In this document: in pieces, positions 1 to 9,228 of the stretch
How the letters are laid out: each line of letters starts with the position of its first letter
Position numbering within the stretch: the stretch's first letter is position 1
DNA from: an uncultured Candidatus Rokubacteria bacterium
GTDB taxonomy: Bacteria; Methylomirabilota; Methylomirabilia; Rokubacteriales; CSP1-6
Direction: 5' to 3'
Length of the DNA stretch: 64,000 nt
NCBI GenBank assembly: GCA_963771355.1
Contig: CAVYTA010000005.1
Coordinates: forward strand, 608,001 to 672,000
Notes under the pieces: generated by a model
What the model saw: the letters and a program-made list of their open reading frames with translations, nothing else
Database searches by the model: none
Told to the model about the DNA's origin: nothing
Position numbers and translations under genes: made by a program

Positions 1-86
1 GCCAGGGTCACCGTCACCAGCGGGCGGCGGCAGGACAGCCGAACGAGCCGGCGAAGCAAGCGACCGGTTCGCGAGATGGCAATCAT
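1..86 (-). CDS. 5' fragment of a membrane protein, possibly an MMPL/RND hopanoid transporter (HpnN-like); runs off the window edge
   Basis: ATG at 86 gives MIAISRTGRLLRRLVRLSCRRPLVTVTL. This basic amphipathic stretch followed by 'RRP' and a hydrophobic helix is typical of MMPL-family N-termini. It follows ino1 in the shc operon. Only 28 codons are visible. Confidence 0.4.
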   Translation of the reverse strand, partial: MIAISRTGRLLRRLVRLSCRRPLVTVTL

Positions 87-123
87 GGGGCGTCGTCCGG
101 GCGGCGCACTCGGGGCGAGGGCG

Positions 124-1197
124 CTACTCGGCGGCGGCGATGAAGCGCGCGAGGCGCTCGTGCGCCTCGTCGTCCGACCATTGCTCGGGCGGGGACTTCA
201 TGAGATAGGCGGAGGGCGCGGCGAGCGCGCCCTTGAGGCCTCGGTCCATGGCCATCTTGCAGCAGCGGATGGCGTCGATGACCACGCCGGCGGAATTGGG
301 CGAGTCCCACACCTCCAGCTTCAGCTCGACATTGATGGGCTGATCGCCGAAACCGCGCCCTTCCAGGCGGATGTGGGCCCACTTGCGATCGGCCAGCCAC
401 GGCACGTAGTCGCTGGGCCCGATATGAATGGAGTCGTCCGACATCTCGTGGGCGAGCTGGGAGCGCACCGAGTCGGTCTTGGAGGTCTTCTTCGACTCCA
501 GCCGCGAGCGCTCGAGCATGTTGTAGAAGTCGGTGTTGCCCCCCACGTTGAGCTGGCTGGTCCGGTCCAGCCGGACCCCTCGGTCCATGAAGAGCCGGGT
601 CAGCACGCGGTGCACGATGGTGGCGCCCACCTGGGACTTCACGTCGTCGCCCACCACCGGGAGGCCCCGGTCTTCGAAGCGGCGTCGCCAGTACTCTTCG
701 CGAGCGATGAAGACCGGGATGCAGTTGACGAACCCGCAGCCGGCGTCGAGGATCTGCTCGACGTACCACTTGGTCGCCATCTCGCTGCCCACGGGCAGGA
801 AGTTCACCACCACGTCGGTGCGGGTCTCCCGCAGGATGCCCGCGATGTCGGCGGTGGAGCCGGTCGCTTTGGTGATCACCTGGGAGAGATAGTGCCCGAG
901 GCCGTCGTGGGTCATGCCCCGGTGGACGGGCACGCCCAGGTCGGGGACCTCCGCGAAGGACACCGTGTTGTTGGGCGCGGTGAAGATGGCCTTGGACAGG
1001 TCGGTGCCCACCTTGTGGGCGTCGATGTCGAAGGCGGCGGAGAATTCAATGTCGCCCACGTGGTAGGGACCCAGGCGCGGGCGCATGAGACCGGGGACGA
1101 ATCCGTCGTCCGGCGCGCTCCGGTAGTAGTGCACGCCCTGGACGAGGGCCGACGCGCAGTTCCCCACTCCCACGATCGCGACCCGCACTGCTCCCAC
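124..1197 (-). CDS. ino1: myo-inositol-1-phosphate (inositol-3-phosphate) synthase
   Basis: [16 protein letters not shown]ossmann start; [27 protein letters not shown] and WDSPNSAG motifs. GTG at 1197 has a GGAGG RBS. Confidence 0.95.
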   Translation of the reverse strand: MGAVRVAIVGVGNCASALVQGVHYYRSAPDDGFVPGLMRPRLGPYHVGDIEFSAAFDIDAHKVGTDLSKAIFTAPNNTVSFAEVPDLGVPVHRGMTHDGLGHYLSQVITKATGSTADIAGILRETRTDVVVNFLPVGSEMATKWYVEQILDAGCGFVNCIPVFIAREEYWRRRFEDRGLPVVGDDVKSQVGATIVHRVLTRLFMDRGVRLDRTSQLNVGGNTDFYNMLERSRLESKKTSKTDSVRSQLAHEMSDDSIHIGPSDYVPWLADRKWAHIRLEGRGFGDQPINVELKLEVWDSPNSAGVVIDAIRCCKMAMDRGLKGALAAPSAYLMKSPPEQWSDDEAHERLARFIAAAE

Positions 1198-1267
1198 GCG
1201 CGCCTCCAGGTGATGTGTCGTCCCGCGCAGCGCCACCGAGTCTAGCACATCGAGCCGGAGGGGACGG

Positions 1268-2269
1268 TTACCCCTCCGCGTTCTCGTCGATCATCGATGT
1301 CGGAACCGGCGTGGGTCGGGCGGAGAGCGCGGCGAGGGTGAGCAGCCCGGCGGTGGCCCAGGTGCCCTCGCGCAGTCGGCGCACCAGCGTGTAGGACAGG
1401 CCGATCGCCCCGCCGTAACCGAAGGCGGCGAAGATCGCCATGTTGCCCCCCTCCAGCGCGCCGAGCGAGCCGGGAATCATGAAGCTCGCGAACTTCACCG
1501 CCGCGCCGAACGACTCCATCACCACCGCGGTGAGGAGGGTCACCGGCAGACCGAGAAAGTTGAGCACGAGGTAGATCTCGAGACTCCCCACCGTCCACGC
1601 GAGGAGATGCACGAGGACCGCGCCCACCAGGCGGCCCCGATGGCCACGGTAGAAGCGCAACAGCGCGCGATCCAGCCCCTCCAGCCGCTCCTGATTGCTC
1701 GAGTTCGGTCCCATGCCGAACCGCGCGAGGAGCCGGCCCCCGCGTCCGGCCGCTCCGAGGAGCTGGACCACGACGAAGCCGGTCACCGCGAGGGCCTCGA
1801 GCCCCAGGAGAATGGTCATCCCGGTGAGCACGGGCCCCGACACCGGCACCAGGGTCCGCGCGAGGACAAGTCCCAGCACGAGGAAGAGGCCCTGGCCGGT
1901 GACGATCGCGGTCTTGTCCACGATGACGGCGGCCAGGCCCTCGGGCACCGGCACCCAGTGACGGAGGAGGAACGCCTTGACGGGCTCGCCGCCCACGGAG
2001 GCGATGGGCGTGGTCGCGTTCACCGCCTCGCCGGCGAGCCGCGCGGTCCAGATCTTGGCGAAGGGCGGCACGTGATCGACGAAGGCGAGCCGCCAGGCGG
2101 TGGCGTCCAGGGTGGCGGTGAGGGCGTAGGGAAAGCAGATCACCACCAGCAGCCGCCAGGACAGCGTCCGGATCGAGTCCAGGATGGTGGTGAAGCCGAT
2201 CTGGTGGCCGAGGTAGGCGATCACGCCCACGCCCACCACCACGATCAGCGGACGGAGCAGTCGTCCCAC
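1268..2269 (-). CDS. lysylphosphatidylglycerol-synthase-TM / flippase-like membrane protein (HpnL-like family)
   Basis: Multiple TM helices with [21 protein letters not shown] and [11 protein letters not shown] motifs of the LPG_synthase_TM family. Confidence 0.85.
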   Translation of the reverse strand: MGRLLRPLIVVVGVGVIAYLGHQIGFTTILDSIRTLSWRLLVVICFPYALTATLDATAWRLAFVDHVPPFAKIWTARLAGEAVNATTPIASVGGEPVKAFLLRHWVPVPEGLAAVIVDKTAIVTGQGLFLVLGLVLARTLVPVSGPVLTGMTILLGLEALAVTGFVVVQLLGAAGRGGRLLARFGMGPNSSNQERLEGLDRALLRFYRGHRGRLVGAVLVHLLAWTVGSLEIYLVLNFLGLPVTLLTAVVMESFGAAVKFASFMIPGSLGALEGGNMAIFAAFGYGGAIGLSYTLVRRLREGTWATAGLLTLAALSARPTPVPTSMIDENAEG

Positions 2270-2302
2270 GGAGGCGCGGTCGGGATGGGGTCGCTCGGCC
2301 CG

Positions 2303-3493
2303 CTAGGACGCGGCCGTCCGGCCGCGGCGGATCCGGCCCACGCACGCGATCCAGTATGACTGCGAGCCGAGGGCCACCACGAGGGCCAGCGCGGGAAGGG
2401 TGGAGGGCGCCAGCCACCGGAGCAGGACGAAGCCGAGGAGCAGGAGATAGAAGAGATCGCGGTTGCCCATGTTCTTGAGCGCGCCGCCCACCGTCTCACC
2501 TACCGCGATCTCGCGCGGGAGGTAACGCGCGAAGAAGGCGCTGAGCGCCACGCCGGCCGATCCCAGCACGCCGATGACGGTGGTGACGGCTGGGCCCGCG
2601 GAGACCGCCATGCCCAGCACGAGCCCCGAGTGGATCACGGTATCGATGGCCCAGTCGAGGTGGGCGCCGAACCGTGACTCCTGGAAGGTCAGCCGGGCCA
2701 GCTCGCCGTCGCAGTGGTCCACCACGCAGGCCATCAGGTAGACCACCACGCCCGCCGCGGCGGACAGCGGCGTGGCGTGCCAGAAGGCCCACACCGCGCC
2801 GAGGCCGATGCTGAGGCTCAGCAGGCTCACCTGATTGGGCGTGGCCGGGGTGCGGACCAGGAGGCGCGTGAGTCCGCGCGAGAGCCGCCGGTGCAGGTAG
2901 GAGTCCACGCCGGTGTCGTTGTCGGTGCCGAGCCCGGCATAGAGGAGCCGGTCGGCCTCCATGAGATCGCCGCGCCCGCGCGCGCAGAAGCACAACCCGG
3001 CGGCGGTGACCTGCTTGAGTCGTGTGGCCTCCACGTGGCGCACGAGCACCTGGCCCAGGGGCTCGCCGGCGGCGAGGGCGCAGGCCAGCCGGTCTGCGGT
3101 GTCCCCCATGACGCGGAGGACGGGGGCGCCGGCTTCCAGGGACTCCGTCAGCGCGGTCTCGGCGGTCTCCGCGAAGTCGGCCAGCAGCGGGGCCAGGGTG
3201 CGCGCCTCCACCAGCGCGGCGGCGGGCACGAGCAGGCAGCCGCCGGCGGCGAGGGCGCGCACGGCGCCGGCGTCGCCAGCGCCGAGCCAGCGGACGCGGC
3301 CGCCGAGACCGCGGGTTCCGGCGAGCAGGCGCTCGAGCTCGGCGCTGCGGAGCTGCGCGGGCACGGCGACGATCTCCGCGCCGGCGCGCGCCGCCGCCAC
3401 GATGGCCCGGAGCGCGAGAGGACGACCGGCCACCGGCACCGCGGCGAGGGCGGTACTGGCCGAATCGGTCAGGTAGAGGACGACCGCGGCCAC
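2303..3493 (-). CDS. CDP-alcohol phosphatidyltransferase family protein with a degenerate N-terminal nucleotidyltransferase-like domain
   Basis: TPNQVS and the signature DHCDGELARLTFQESRFGAHLDWAID. N-terminal VAGRPLALRAI resembles the NTP-transferase fold. Confidence 0.9.
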   Translation of the reverse strand: MAAVVLYLTDSASTALAAVPVAGRPLALRAIVAAARAGAEIVAVPAQLRSAELERLLAGTRGLGGRVRWLGAGDAGAVRALAAGGCLLVPAAALVEARTLAPLLADFAETAETALTESLEAGAPVLRVMGDTADRLACALAAGEPLGQVLVRHVEATRLKQVTAAGLCFCARGRGDLMEADRLLYAGLGTDNDTGVDSYLHRRLSRGLTRLLVRTPATPNQVSLLSLSIGLGAVWAFWHATPLSAAAGVVVYLMACVVDHCDGELARLTFQESRFGAHLDWAIDTVIHSGLVLGMAVSAGPAVTTVIGVLGSAGVALSAFFARYLPREIAVGETVGGALKNMGNRDLFYLLLLGFVLLRWLAPSTLPALALVVALGSQSYWIACVGRIRRGRTAAS

Positions 3494-3494
3494 C

Positions 3495-4235
3495 TCAGTG
3501 CTCGAGCCGCTCGATCCGCGGCAGCACGTCGGTTTCCGCGCGGCGAAGGTCCTCGACGAAGTCCACCTCGGTCCACGGCAGGCCGGTGACGTCCACCCAG
3601 CCCACCGGCACGCGGGTGAGGAGCCGGTGCAGCGCGTCCTCGTACTCGTTGGTGCCGCCGGTCTCGTCGATGGACTCGCCGAGGAGCCGGATGTACTCTG
3701 CCGCGTGCTGGGTGCCGCACTTGAAGAAGCCGATGCCCTCGCCGACCACTTCCCAGTGCTCCGGCACGAACTTCTTGCCCAGCGCGATGACGCGATCGCC
3801 GACCCCGTAGAGCTTGACCTCCTCGCCGGTATCGGTGAAGCCGCGGTCGATCAGCAGCGCGCTGGGCGCCGGGCAGGCGATGAGGCGGGCGAGAAACGCG
3901 TGGGGGAAGAGGACGTCGGCGTCCATCACCAGCGTGTGGTCGCGGACGAGGGTATCGCGCGCGCGCCACAGGGACAGGATGGAGCCCTTCTGGTACTCGG
4001 GGTTCTCCACGAAGCTGATCCGCATGTCGCCGCGCCGCGTCCCTGCCGCCGCCCGCACCTGATCCTGGCAGTGGCCGACCACGATCACCGTCTCGTCCAC
4101 GCCGGCCGCGGCGAGGGAGCCCAGCATCCGGTCCAGCAGGGGCCGCCCCGCGATGGGCAAGAGACACTTGTGCGTGTGATCGGTCAGCGGGGCGAGCCGG
4201 CGCGCCACCCCCGCGGCGAGCACGATGGCCTTCAT
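3495..4235 (-). CDS. phosphocholine/phosphonate cytidylyltransferase family (NTP_transferase)
   Basis: MKAIVLAAGVARRL..HKCLLPIAGRPLL, MDAD and WTEVDFVEDL motifs. Confidence 0.9.
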   Translation of the reverse strand: MKAIVLAAGVARRLAPLTDHTHKCLLPIAGRPLLDRMLGSLAAAGVDETVIVVGHCQDQVRAAAGTRRGDMRISFVENPEYQKGSILSLWRARDTLVRDHTLVMDADVLFPHAFLARLIACPAPSALLIDRGFTDTGEEVKLYGVGDRVIALGKKFVPEHWEVVGEGIGFFKCGTQHAAEYIRLLGESIDETGGTNEYEDALHRLLTRVPVGWVDVTGLPWTEVDFVEDLRRAETDVLPRIERLEH

Positions 4236-5086
4236 CGCCCGCTCCCGGCGGCCACCCGCCCGAGGTCGCGCAGGGCCCCGCGAAACCGGTCCCGGATCTC
4301 CTCGGGCGGGTAGGGGATGCGTGGCGCCGGCTGCTCCTCCGGGGTGACCTTGGCCAGGATGAACGACGGGCCGTCCCCGCGCATGGCGGCGGCGGTGGCG
4401 TCGCGCAGCGCGGCCGCCTCCGTCACCGCGACCGTGGTGGCGTAGCCGGCGGCGGCGGCGAGCGCATCGAGACGCGCGTGGCGCGACGGGGACATCTGGT
4501 TACCGGTGGAGCCATACACCTCGTTGTCGAAGACGACGTGGACCAGGTTTCGCGGCCGCCGGCTTCCGGTAGTGCCCGCCCCGAGCACGGGTGCGCCGCC
4601 GATCATGGGCAGGATGCCGAGGTTCATGAGCAGGTTGCCGTCGCCGTCGAAGACCACGGTGGTGAGGTCGGGGCGGGCGAGCGTGACTCCGAGCCCGATG
4701 GCCGAGGCCAGCCCCATGGAGCCGATCATGTAGAAGTTCTGCGGCCGATCTCCCACCGAGAACGACTCGCGGCAGATGAAACCGTTGGCATGCACGACGG
4801 GCGCATCGCCGATCGCGCCGAGCGCGGCACGCAGCGCCTCCAGGCGCGAGATCCGGGGCGTCAGGTCAGCCCGCGAGGATTCGCGTGAGGGCGGACTTCC
4901 GACAATCACGCGCGGCGGTGAATCTCTGTCTGTTATCAGCGGGGGCCTCGAAATGGCCCCCGCTCTCCCCGTCCGCACTCGATGCGCGGGCCCCCGCTCT
5001 CCCCCCGTCCGCACTCGATGCGCGGATCGCCGCTTTCTCCCCGTCACCGCCGCGCGTGCCGTGCGCCCCCGATGCATGTTCTCCAT
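4232..5086 (-). CDS. phosphonopyruvate (or sulfopyruvate) decarboxylase-like beta, TPP-binding domain; probably the C-terminal half of a frameshifted fused gene
   Basis: NFYMIGSMGLASAIGLG and the TPP motif DGDGNLLMN..DNEVYGSTGNQ. Recognisable homology begins near 4850 (SRLEAL); the upstream part of the ORF is repeat-derived. Confidence 0.85.
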   Translation of the reverse strand: MENMHRGRTARAAVTGRKRRSAHRVRTGGERGPAHRVRTGRAGAISRPPLITDRDSPPRVIVGSPPSRESSRADLTPRISRLEALRAALGAIGDAPVVHANGFICRESFSVGDRPQNFYMIGSMGLASAIGLGVTLARPDLTTVVFDGDGNLLMNLGILPMIGGAPVLGAGTTGSRRPRNLVHVVFDNEVYGSTGNQMSPSRHARLDALAAAAGYATTVAVTEAAALRDATAAAMRGDGPSFILAKVTPEEQPAPRIPYPPEEIRDRFRGALRDLGRVAAGSGR

Positions 5087-5609
5087 GACCGCGCGTGGCT
5101 ATGACGCCGGGCGGGAGGAGCAGCGCCACCGGCTGGCTGAGGCGCTCCGCCTCCGCGCGGGCCCAGGCGATGTCGGCGGCCACGCTGCCGGCGGTGAGCA
5201 CGCGATGGGGCACCGCGATGAGCTCGAGGAGGCGCGGGGAGATGTCGCCCATCACGAGGTGCTCGGGGGCGTCCTTGCCCCCATGGCCGCGCCAGGTGAC
5301 GAGGAGCAGGGTGGGAAAGCGGTACATGAGCGACAGGGAGACCAGCGCGTTGAGGCTGGTGCCGAGCCCCGAGTTCTGCATGATCACCATGGGCAGGCGG
5401 CCTGCCATCCACGCCCCCGCCGCCAGGCCCACCGCGACGTCCTCGCGCACGGCGGGCACGTACGGCAGGCGGGGATGGGTCTCCAGCGCGGCGATGACCT
5501 CGCCCACCAGCGAGCAGGGCACGCCCGTGAAGAAGTCGAAGCCTTCCGACTCGGCGACGGCGACGAAGTCCTTCCCGCTGACGGCGCCTATTTCTTGATC
5601 TCCGCCCAG
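4866..5609 (-). CDS. phosphonopyruvate (or sulfopyruvate) decarboxylase-like alpha domain; start uncertain (CTG 5609 or ATA 5591)
   Basis: FFTGVPCS, REDVAVGLAAG, MQNSGLG and TWRGHGGKDAPEH motifs in the frame of ORF 4866..7136. There is no in-frame ATG/GTG/TTG between the upstream stop codon and the GVPC motif. Confidence 0.85.
   Translation of the reverse strand: MGGDQEIGAVSGKDFVAVAESEGFDFFTGVPCSLVGEVIAALETHPRLPYVPAVREDVAVGLAAGAWMAGRLPMVIMQNSGLGTSLNALVSLSLMYRFPTLLLVTWRGHGGKDAPEHLVMGDISPRLLELIAVPHRVLTAGSVAADIAWARAEAERLSQPVALLLPPGVIATRGHGEHASGAHGTRGGDGEKAAIRASSADGGRAGARASSADGESGGHFEAPADNRQRFTAARDCRKSALTRILAG
4935..5045. repeat. palindromic REP-like element with a tandem ~35-bp duplication, inside the decarboxylase linker
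   Basis: 10-bp perfect stem AGCGGGGGCC-7nt-GGCCCCCGCT at 4938-4964, plus two copies of ggcccccgctct(C4 or C6)gtccgcactcgatgcgcg. The same element occurs at 42553-42636. Confidence 0.85.
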
Positions 5610-7252
5610 GCCCGCTGATAGTCCTCGAAGGTATCCACCTCGAGCCAGCCCTTGTAGACGTCCACGCAGTGGACCCGCTCGCCGCGCGCCACCAGCTCCT
5701 GGAGGAGGTCGGTGAAGGCCGCGTGCTCGGCGGAGTCCGCCTCGTGGAAGCGCCCGCCGCCGGCCGCCCGCGCCTCGTCCCAGGCGCGCCGGAGCGCCTG
5801 GGTCCCGCCCTCGGAGAAGAGCGCCATGCCGATGAACTCGCCGTTGGCGCGATCCGGCGCCACCCGGGCGCCCACGGTGACGAGGGTGTCGTCGCCCCCG
5901 CTGGTCAGCGCACGCAGGCCGGAGGCGGGCGCCTGCTCCGTCACCACGAGGTCCAGCGGCTTCGAGAGCGGCAGCAGGCGGTCGCGCTGGTCCACCCACG
6001 CGCGGTCCACCACCACCGCGCAGTCCGCCTCCGCGCGGAGGAGCCGCTCGAGGACGGAGCGCTCGAAGAGGATGTCCGAGTAGAGGAACAGCACGCGCCC
6101 GGACAGCACCGGCGCGGCGGCGAAGAGGGACACGCACTCCCCGCTCTCCTCGTAGCGGTCGTTGTCGAAATAGCGCAGGCCGGGCACGGTGACCTCTTCC
6201 TTCCGGTATCCGCGCACCACCGCGATGTCCTGCACCCCGCACGCGCGCAGGGTGTCCACCTGCCGCTCGAGGATGGTGCGCCCCTTGATGTCCAGCATGC
6301 ACTTGGGCCGGTTTTCCGTGAGCGGCAGCAGCGACTTGCCCGAGCCGGCGGCAATGATCACCGCGCGCACCTGGCTCTCCTGCGGCAGGTACTCCGCCTC
6401 GATGGCCTCGAACTCCGCCACCCCCACGTGCCGATAGATCTCCTCCAGCGGCACGATGTGCGGGTCCAGCGCGTCCAGCCGGCGCTCGCGCGCGAGGGTG
6501 CCCAGCGTGGTCTCCATGCCGCGCACCGCGCCCCGCAGCACCTGGTTGGCCCAGATCACCATCTTCACCCCCGCGCCCTCCAGCTCCTCGAAGGTCACGG
6601 AGGGATAGAGGGTGGGCACCACCACCACCGGCGTGGGGCGCTCCCAGAGGCGCATGAACTCCAGCACCTCCGCCGCCGTCTTCGACTTGGAGTGCATGAG
6701 GATCATGTCGGCCCCCGCGTCCGCATAGGCGTGGGCGCGCCGGAGCGCCTCCTTCATGCCCCAGCCCGCGATGAGGGCCTCCACCCGCGCGATCACCACG
6801 AAATCCGGGTCCCGGCGCGTCTTCACCGCGGCCCGGATCTTTCCCGCGAACTCCTCCACCGACAGGAGCTCGCGCCGCATGCCCGGATAGAGGCTGCACT
6901 TCTTGGGGAAGATATTGTCCTCCATGCAGATCCCCGCCACCCCGGCGCGCTCGTACTCCTCCACCGTGCGCACCACGTTGACGACGTTGCCGTAGCCGTT
7001 GTCGGCGTCGGCGATGACGGGAATGGACACCGCGTCGTTGATGTAGCGGGCGGTCTCGAGGTTCTCCGTCATGGTGAGCAGGTTCACGTCCGGCATGGCG
7101 CGCTGGGCCGCCGACACCGCGAAGCTCGACGACCACACCAGGGGGAACCCGGCGGCCTCGATGAGGCGGGCGGACAGCGCGTCGTGGGCGCCGACCATGG
7201 GGACGAGCCCCGGACGGCGGAGAAGCGAGCGCAACAGGGCGGCCTTGGTCAT
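5588..7252 (-). CDS. pepM: phosphoenolpyruvate mutase-like (ICL/PEPM superfamily) domain fused to a C-terminal nucleotidyltransferase
   Basis: GAHDALSA, DADNGYG, ARVEALIAGWGMKEALRRA..Y.DAGAD.ILMHSK and VVVPT are PepM-like; the active-site loop is EDNIFPKKCS. C-terminal IIAAGSG..PKCMLDIKG..YSD..WLEVDTFEDY is an NTP transferase. Confidence 0.8.
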   Translation of the reverse strand: MTKAALLRSLLRRPGLVPMVGAHDALSARLIEAAGFPLVWSSSFAVSAAQRAMPDVNLLTMTENLETARYINDAVSIPVIADADNGYGNVVNVVRTVEEYERAGVAGICMEDNIFPKKCSLYPGMRRELLSVEEFAGKIRAAVKTRRDPDFVVIARVEALIAGWGMKEALRRAHAYADAGADMILMHSKSKTAAEVLEFMRLWERPTPVVVVPTLYPSVTFEELEGAGVKMVIWANQVLRGAVRGMETTLGTLARERRLDALDPHIVPLEEIYRHVGVAEFEAIEAEYLPQESQVRAVIIAAGSGKSLLPLTENRPKCMLDIKGRTILERQVDTLRACGVQDIAVVRGYRKEEVTVPGLRYFDNDRYEESGECVSLFAAAPVLSGRVLFLYSDILFERSVLERLLRAEADCAVVVDRAWVDQRDRLLPLSKPLDLVVTEQAPASGLRALTSGGDDTLVTVGARVAPDRANGEFIGMALFSEGGTQALRRAWDEARAAGGGRFHEADSAEHAAFTDLLQELVARGERVHCVDVYKGWLEVDTFEDYQRAWAEIKK

Positions 7253-7277
7253 GATGAGTTCCCTCGCGCGCGCCGGA

Positions 7278-7922
7278 CTAGGGAGTCCGGGGCGCCGGCT
7301 TTTTCTTGGGATCGTCGTCCAGCGACACCTCGGCCTGCTTGCTCTTCATGCGCCGGATGAGCTCGCCGTAGGAGGCGGTCTGGATGATCTTGTTGAACTG
7401 CGTGCGGTAGTTGGACACCAGGCTCACGCCTTCGATGCTGACGTCGTAGACGAGCCAGCGCTCGCCGCGCTTGACCAGCCGATAGTCGATGGGCACCTCG
7501 GTGCCGTTCTTGGTGACGAGCCGGGTGCTCACCACGCTGTTGTCGCTCTCGATCTTCTCGCCGGTGTAGAGGATCTTCTCCCCGCCGTACTGGTCGATCT
7601 TGGAGATGTAGGACCGTTCGAGGAGATCGGCGAAGAGCGAGACGAACTCCTCGTGCTCCGCGTCGGTGCGGCCCTGCCAGTGGCGGCCGAGGGAACGCCG
7701 CGCGATCTCGCCGAAGTCGAAGATCTCGTTGGCGATCTTGCGCACGGCGGCGCGCCGCTCCTGCACCCGGTTCTCGCCCTTGTACAGGGGGTTCTCGAGG
7801 GTCTTGACCACCCGCTCGATGGCGCCCTTGAGCTGGTCCGTGGGGATGCCGGCGCTGGCCACGGGCGCCAGCAGCACCACCAGCGCGGCCACCGCTACAC
7901 CGATCATGCGAGCACGAATCAT
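7278..7922 (-). CDS. mlaC: MlaC/Ttg2D/HpnM-family periplasmic lipid-binding protein
   Basis: Signal peptide; FDF.EIARRSLGRHW and WLVYDVSIEGVSLVSNYRTQF motifs. GGAGG RBS before ATG 7922. Confidence 0.9.
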   Translation of the reverse strand: MIRARMIGVAVAALVVLLAPVASAGIPTDQLKGAIERVVKTLENPLYKGENRVQERRAAVRKIANEIFDFGEIARRSLGRHWQGRTDAEHEEFVSLFADLLERSYISKIDQYGGEKILYTGEKIESDNSVVSTRLVTKNGTEVPIDYRLVKRGERWLVYDVSIEGVSLVSNYRTQFNKIIQTASYGELIRRMKSKQAEVSLDDDPKKKPAPRTP

Positions 7923-7959
7923 CGGGAACCCTCCACTGTCTGCCGTGACATGGTCGCCG

Positions 7960-8400
7960 CTATACCTTTCCGAAGACGTACTTCGAGAGCAGCTCCTCGA
8001 TGTCCACCGGCGGCTCCACTTCCGTGATCCGGCCGTTGGGCTTGATGATCTTCTCCGATCCGCCGGGGTTGATCCGGATGTACTTCTCGCCGATGAGCCC
8101 ACGCGTCTTGATGGACGCGATCGAGTCTTCCTGCAGCTTCACATCGGTCCTGATGCTCATGATCACGCGGGCCTGGTAGTCCGACAGGGTGATGCCGTCT
8201 ACGCGCCCGATCTCCACCCCCGCGATCTCCACGGTGGAGCCCGTCTTGAGCCCTCCCACGGTGGGGAAGTCCGCGGTGATGGTGTAGCCGCCGCCGCTGA
8301 AGAGCTCCACCCGCCCGAGCTTGATGGAGAGCCAGCCCAGCGCAAGGATGCCGACCAGCACGAATACCCCCACCGCCATGTCCAGCGTCGACCGTCTCAT
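7960..8400 (-). CDS. mlaD: MlaD (MCE domain) protein
   Basis: N-terminal TM; GGLKTGSTVEIAGVEIGRV and TRGLIGEKYI MCE motifs. Confidence 0.93.
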   Translation of the reverse strand: MRRSTLDMAVGVFVLVGILALGWLSIKLGRVELFSGGGYTITADFPTVGGLKTGSTVEIAGVEIGRVDGITLSDYQARVIMSIRTDVKLQEDSIASIKTRGLIGEKYIRINPGGSEKIIKPNGRITEVEPPVDIEELLSKYVFGKV

Positions 8401-8481
8401 TCGGCGCCCCCTGATTGGATCTTGCCGTGCCTGGCGCGCATCGTCTACCTCTTTTCCTGGCCCCCGTGCGCGGACGGGGTC

Positions 8482-9228
8482 TCAGCGAGCCGTCGGCGCG
8501 CTCTCGATCTCGCCGCGGATGAACTGCTGCACCACCGGATTCGCGGAGGCCTGGATGCCCTCCGGGGTGGCACATTCCACGATCACCCCGTCGTGGAGCA
8601 TGGCCACGCGGTCCGCGATCCGGAAGATCTCCGGGATCTCGTGGCTCACCACCACCGCGGTGAACCGAAACTTCCGGTGCAGCTCCACGATCAGGTGATG
8701 GATGGTGTTGACCAGGATGGGGTCCAGGCCGGTGGTGGGCTCGTCGAAGAAGACCACCCCCGGCTCTGTCACCAGGGCCCGCGCGATGGCCACCCGCTTG
8801 CGCATGCCGCCCGAGATCTCCGCCGGGTTCTTGTGCCCCATGCCCTGGAGGCCCACCTGCACGAGCTTTTCCTCCACCCGCTGCCGGACCTCGGTCGCCG
8901 GGATGCGGACCTTTTCCCACAGGGGAAAGGCCACGTTCTCGAATACCGACATGGAGTCGAAGAGGGCGCCGCCCTGGAACACCACCCCGTAGCGCTCGCG
9001 GATGCGGTCGAGCGCGGAGCGTCGCAGCCGGGTGATCTCGGTGCCGTCCACGAAGATGCGACCCGAGTCGGGCCGCAGCAGGCCCACCAGGTGCTTGAGC
9101 AGCACCGACTTGCCGCCCCCGCTCCGGCCGATGATCACGATGATCTCACCGGAGGCGACCTCCAGGTCGATGCCGCGCAGCACGGGCTGGGCGCCGAACG
9201 ACCGCCGCAGGTCTTCCACCTTGATCAT
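8482..9228 (-). CDS. mlaF: MlaF ABC ATPase
   Basis: Walker A GRSGGGKS, ISGGMRKRV, FDEPTTGLDP. ATGA overlap with the mlaE stop. Confidence 0.93.
   Translation of the reverse strand: MIKVEDLRRSFGAQPVLRGIDLEVASGEIIVIIGRSGGGKSVLLKHLVGLLRPDSGRIFVDGTEITRLRRSALDRIRERYGVVFQGGALFDSMSVFENVAFPLWEKVRIPATEVRQRVEEKLVQVGLQGMGHKNPAEISGGMRKRVAIARALVTEPGVVFFDEPTTGLDPILVNTIHHLIVELHRKFRFTAVVVSHEIPEIFRIADRVAMLHDGVIVECATPEGIQASANPVVQQFIRGEIESAPTAR

Noticed and set aside
4935..5045. CRISPR array
   Set aside because: Only two adjacent units with no unique spacers and no cas genes.
4232..5609. Coenzyme M biosynthesis (ComDE sulfopyruvate decarboxylase)
   Set aside because: Same family as Ppd, but no comA/B/C is nearby and the gene follows a PepM-like gene, so a phosphonate role is more parsimonious (not fully excluded).
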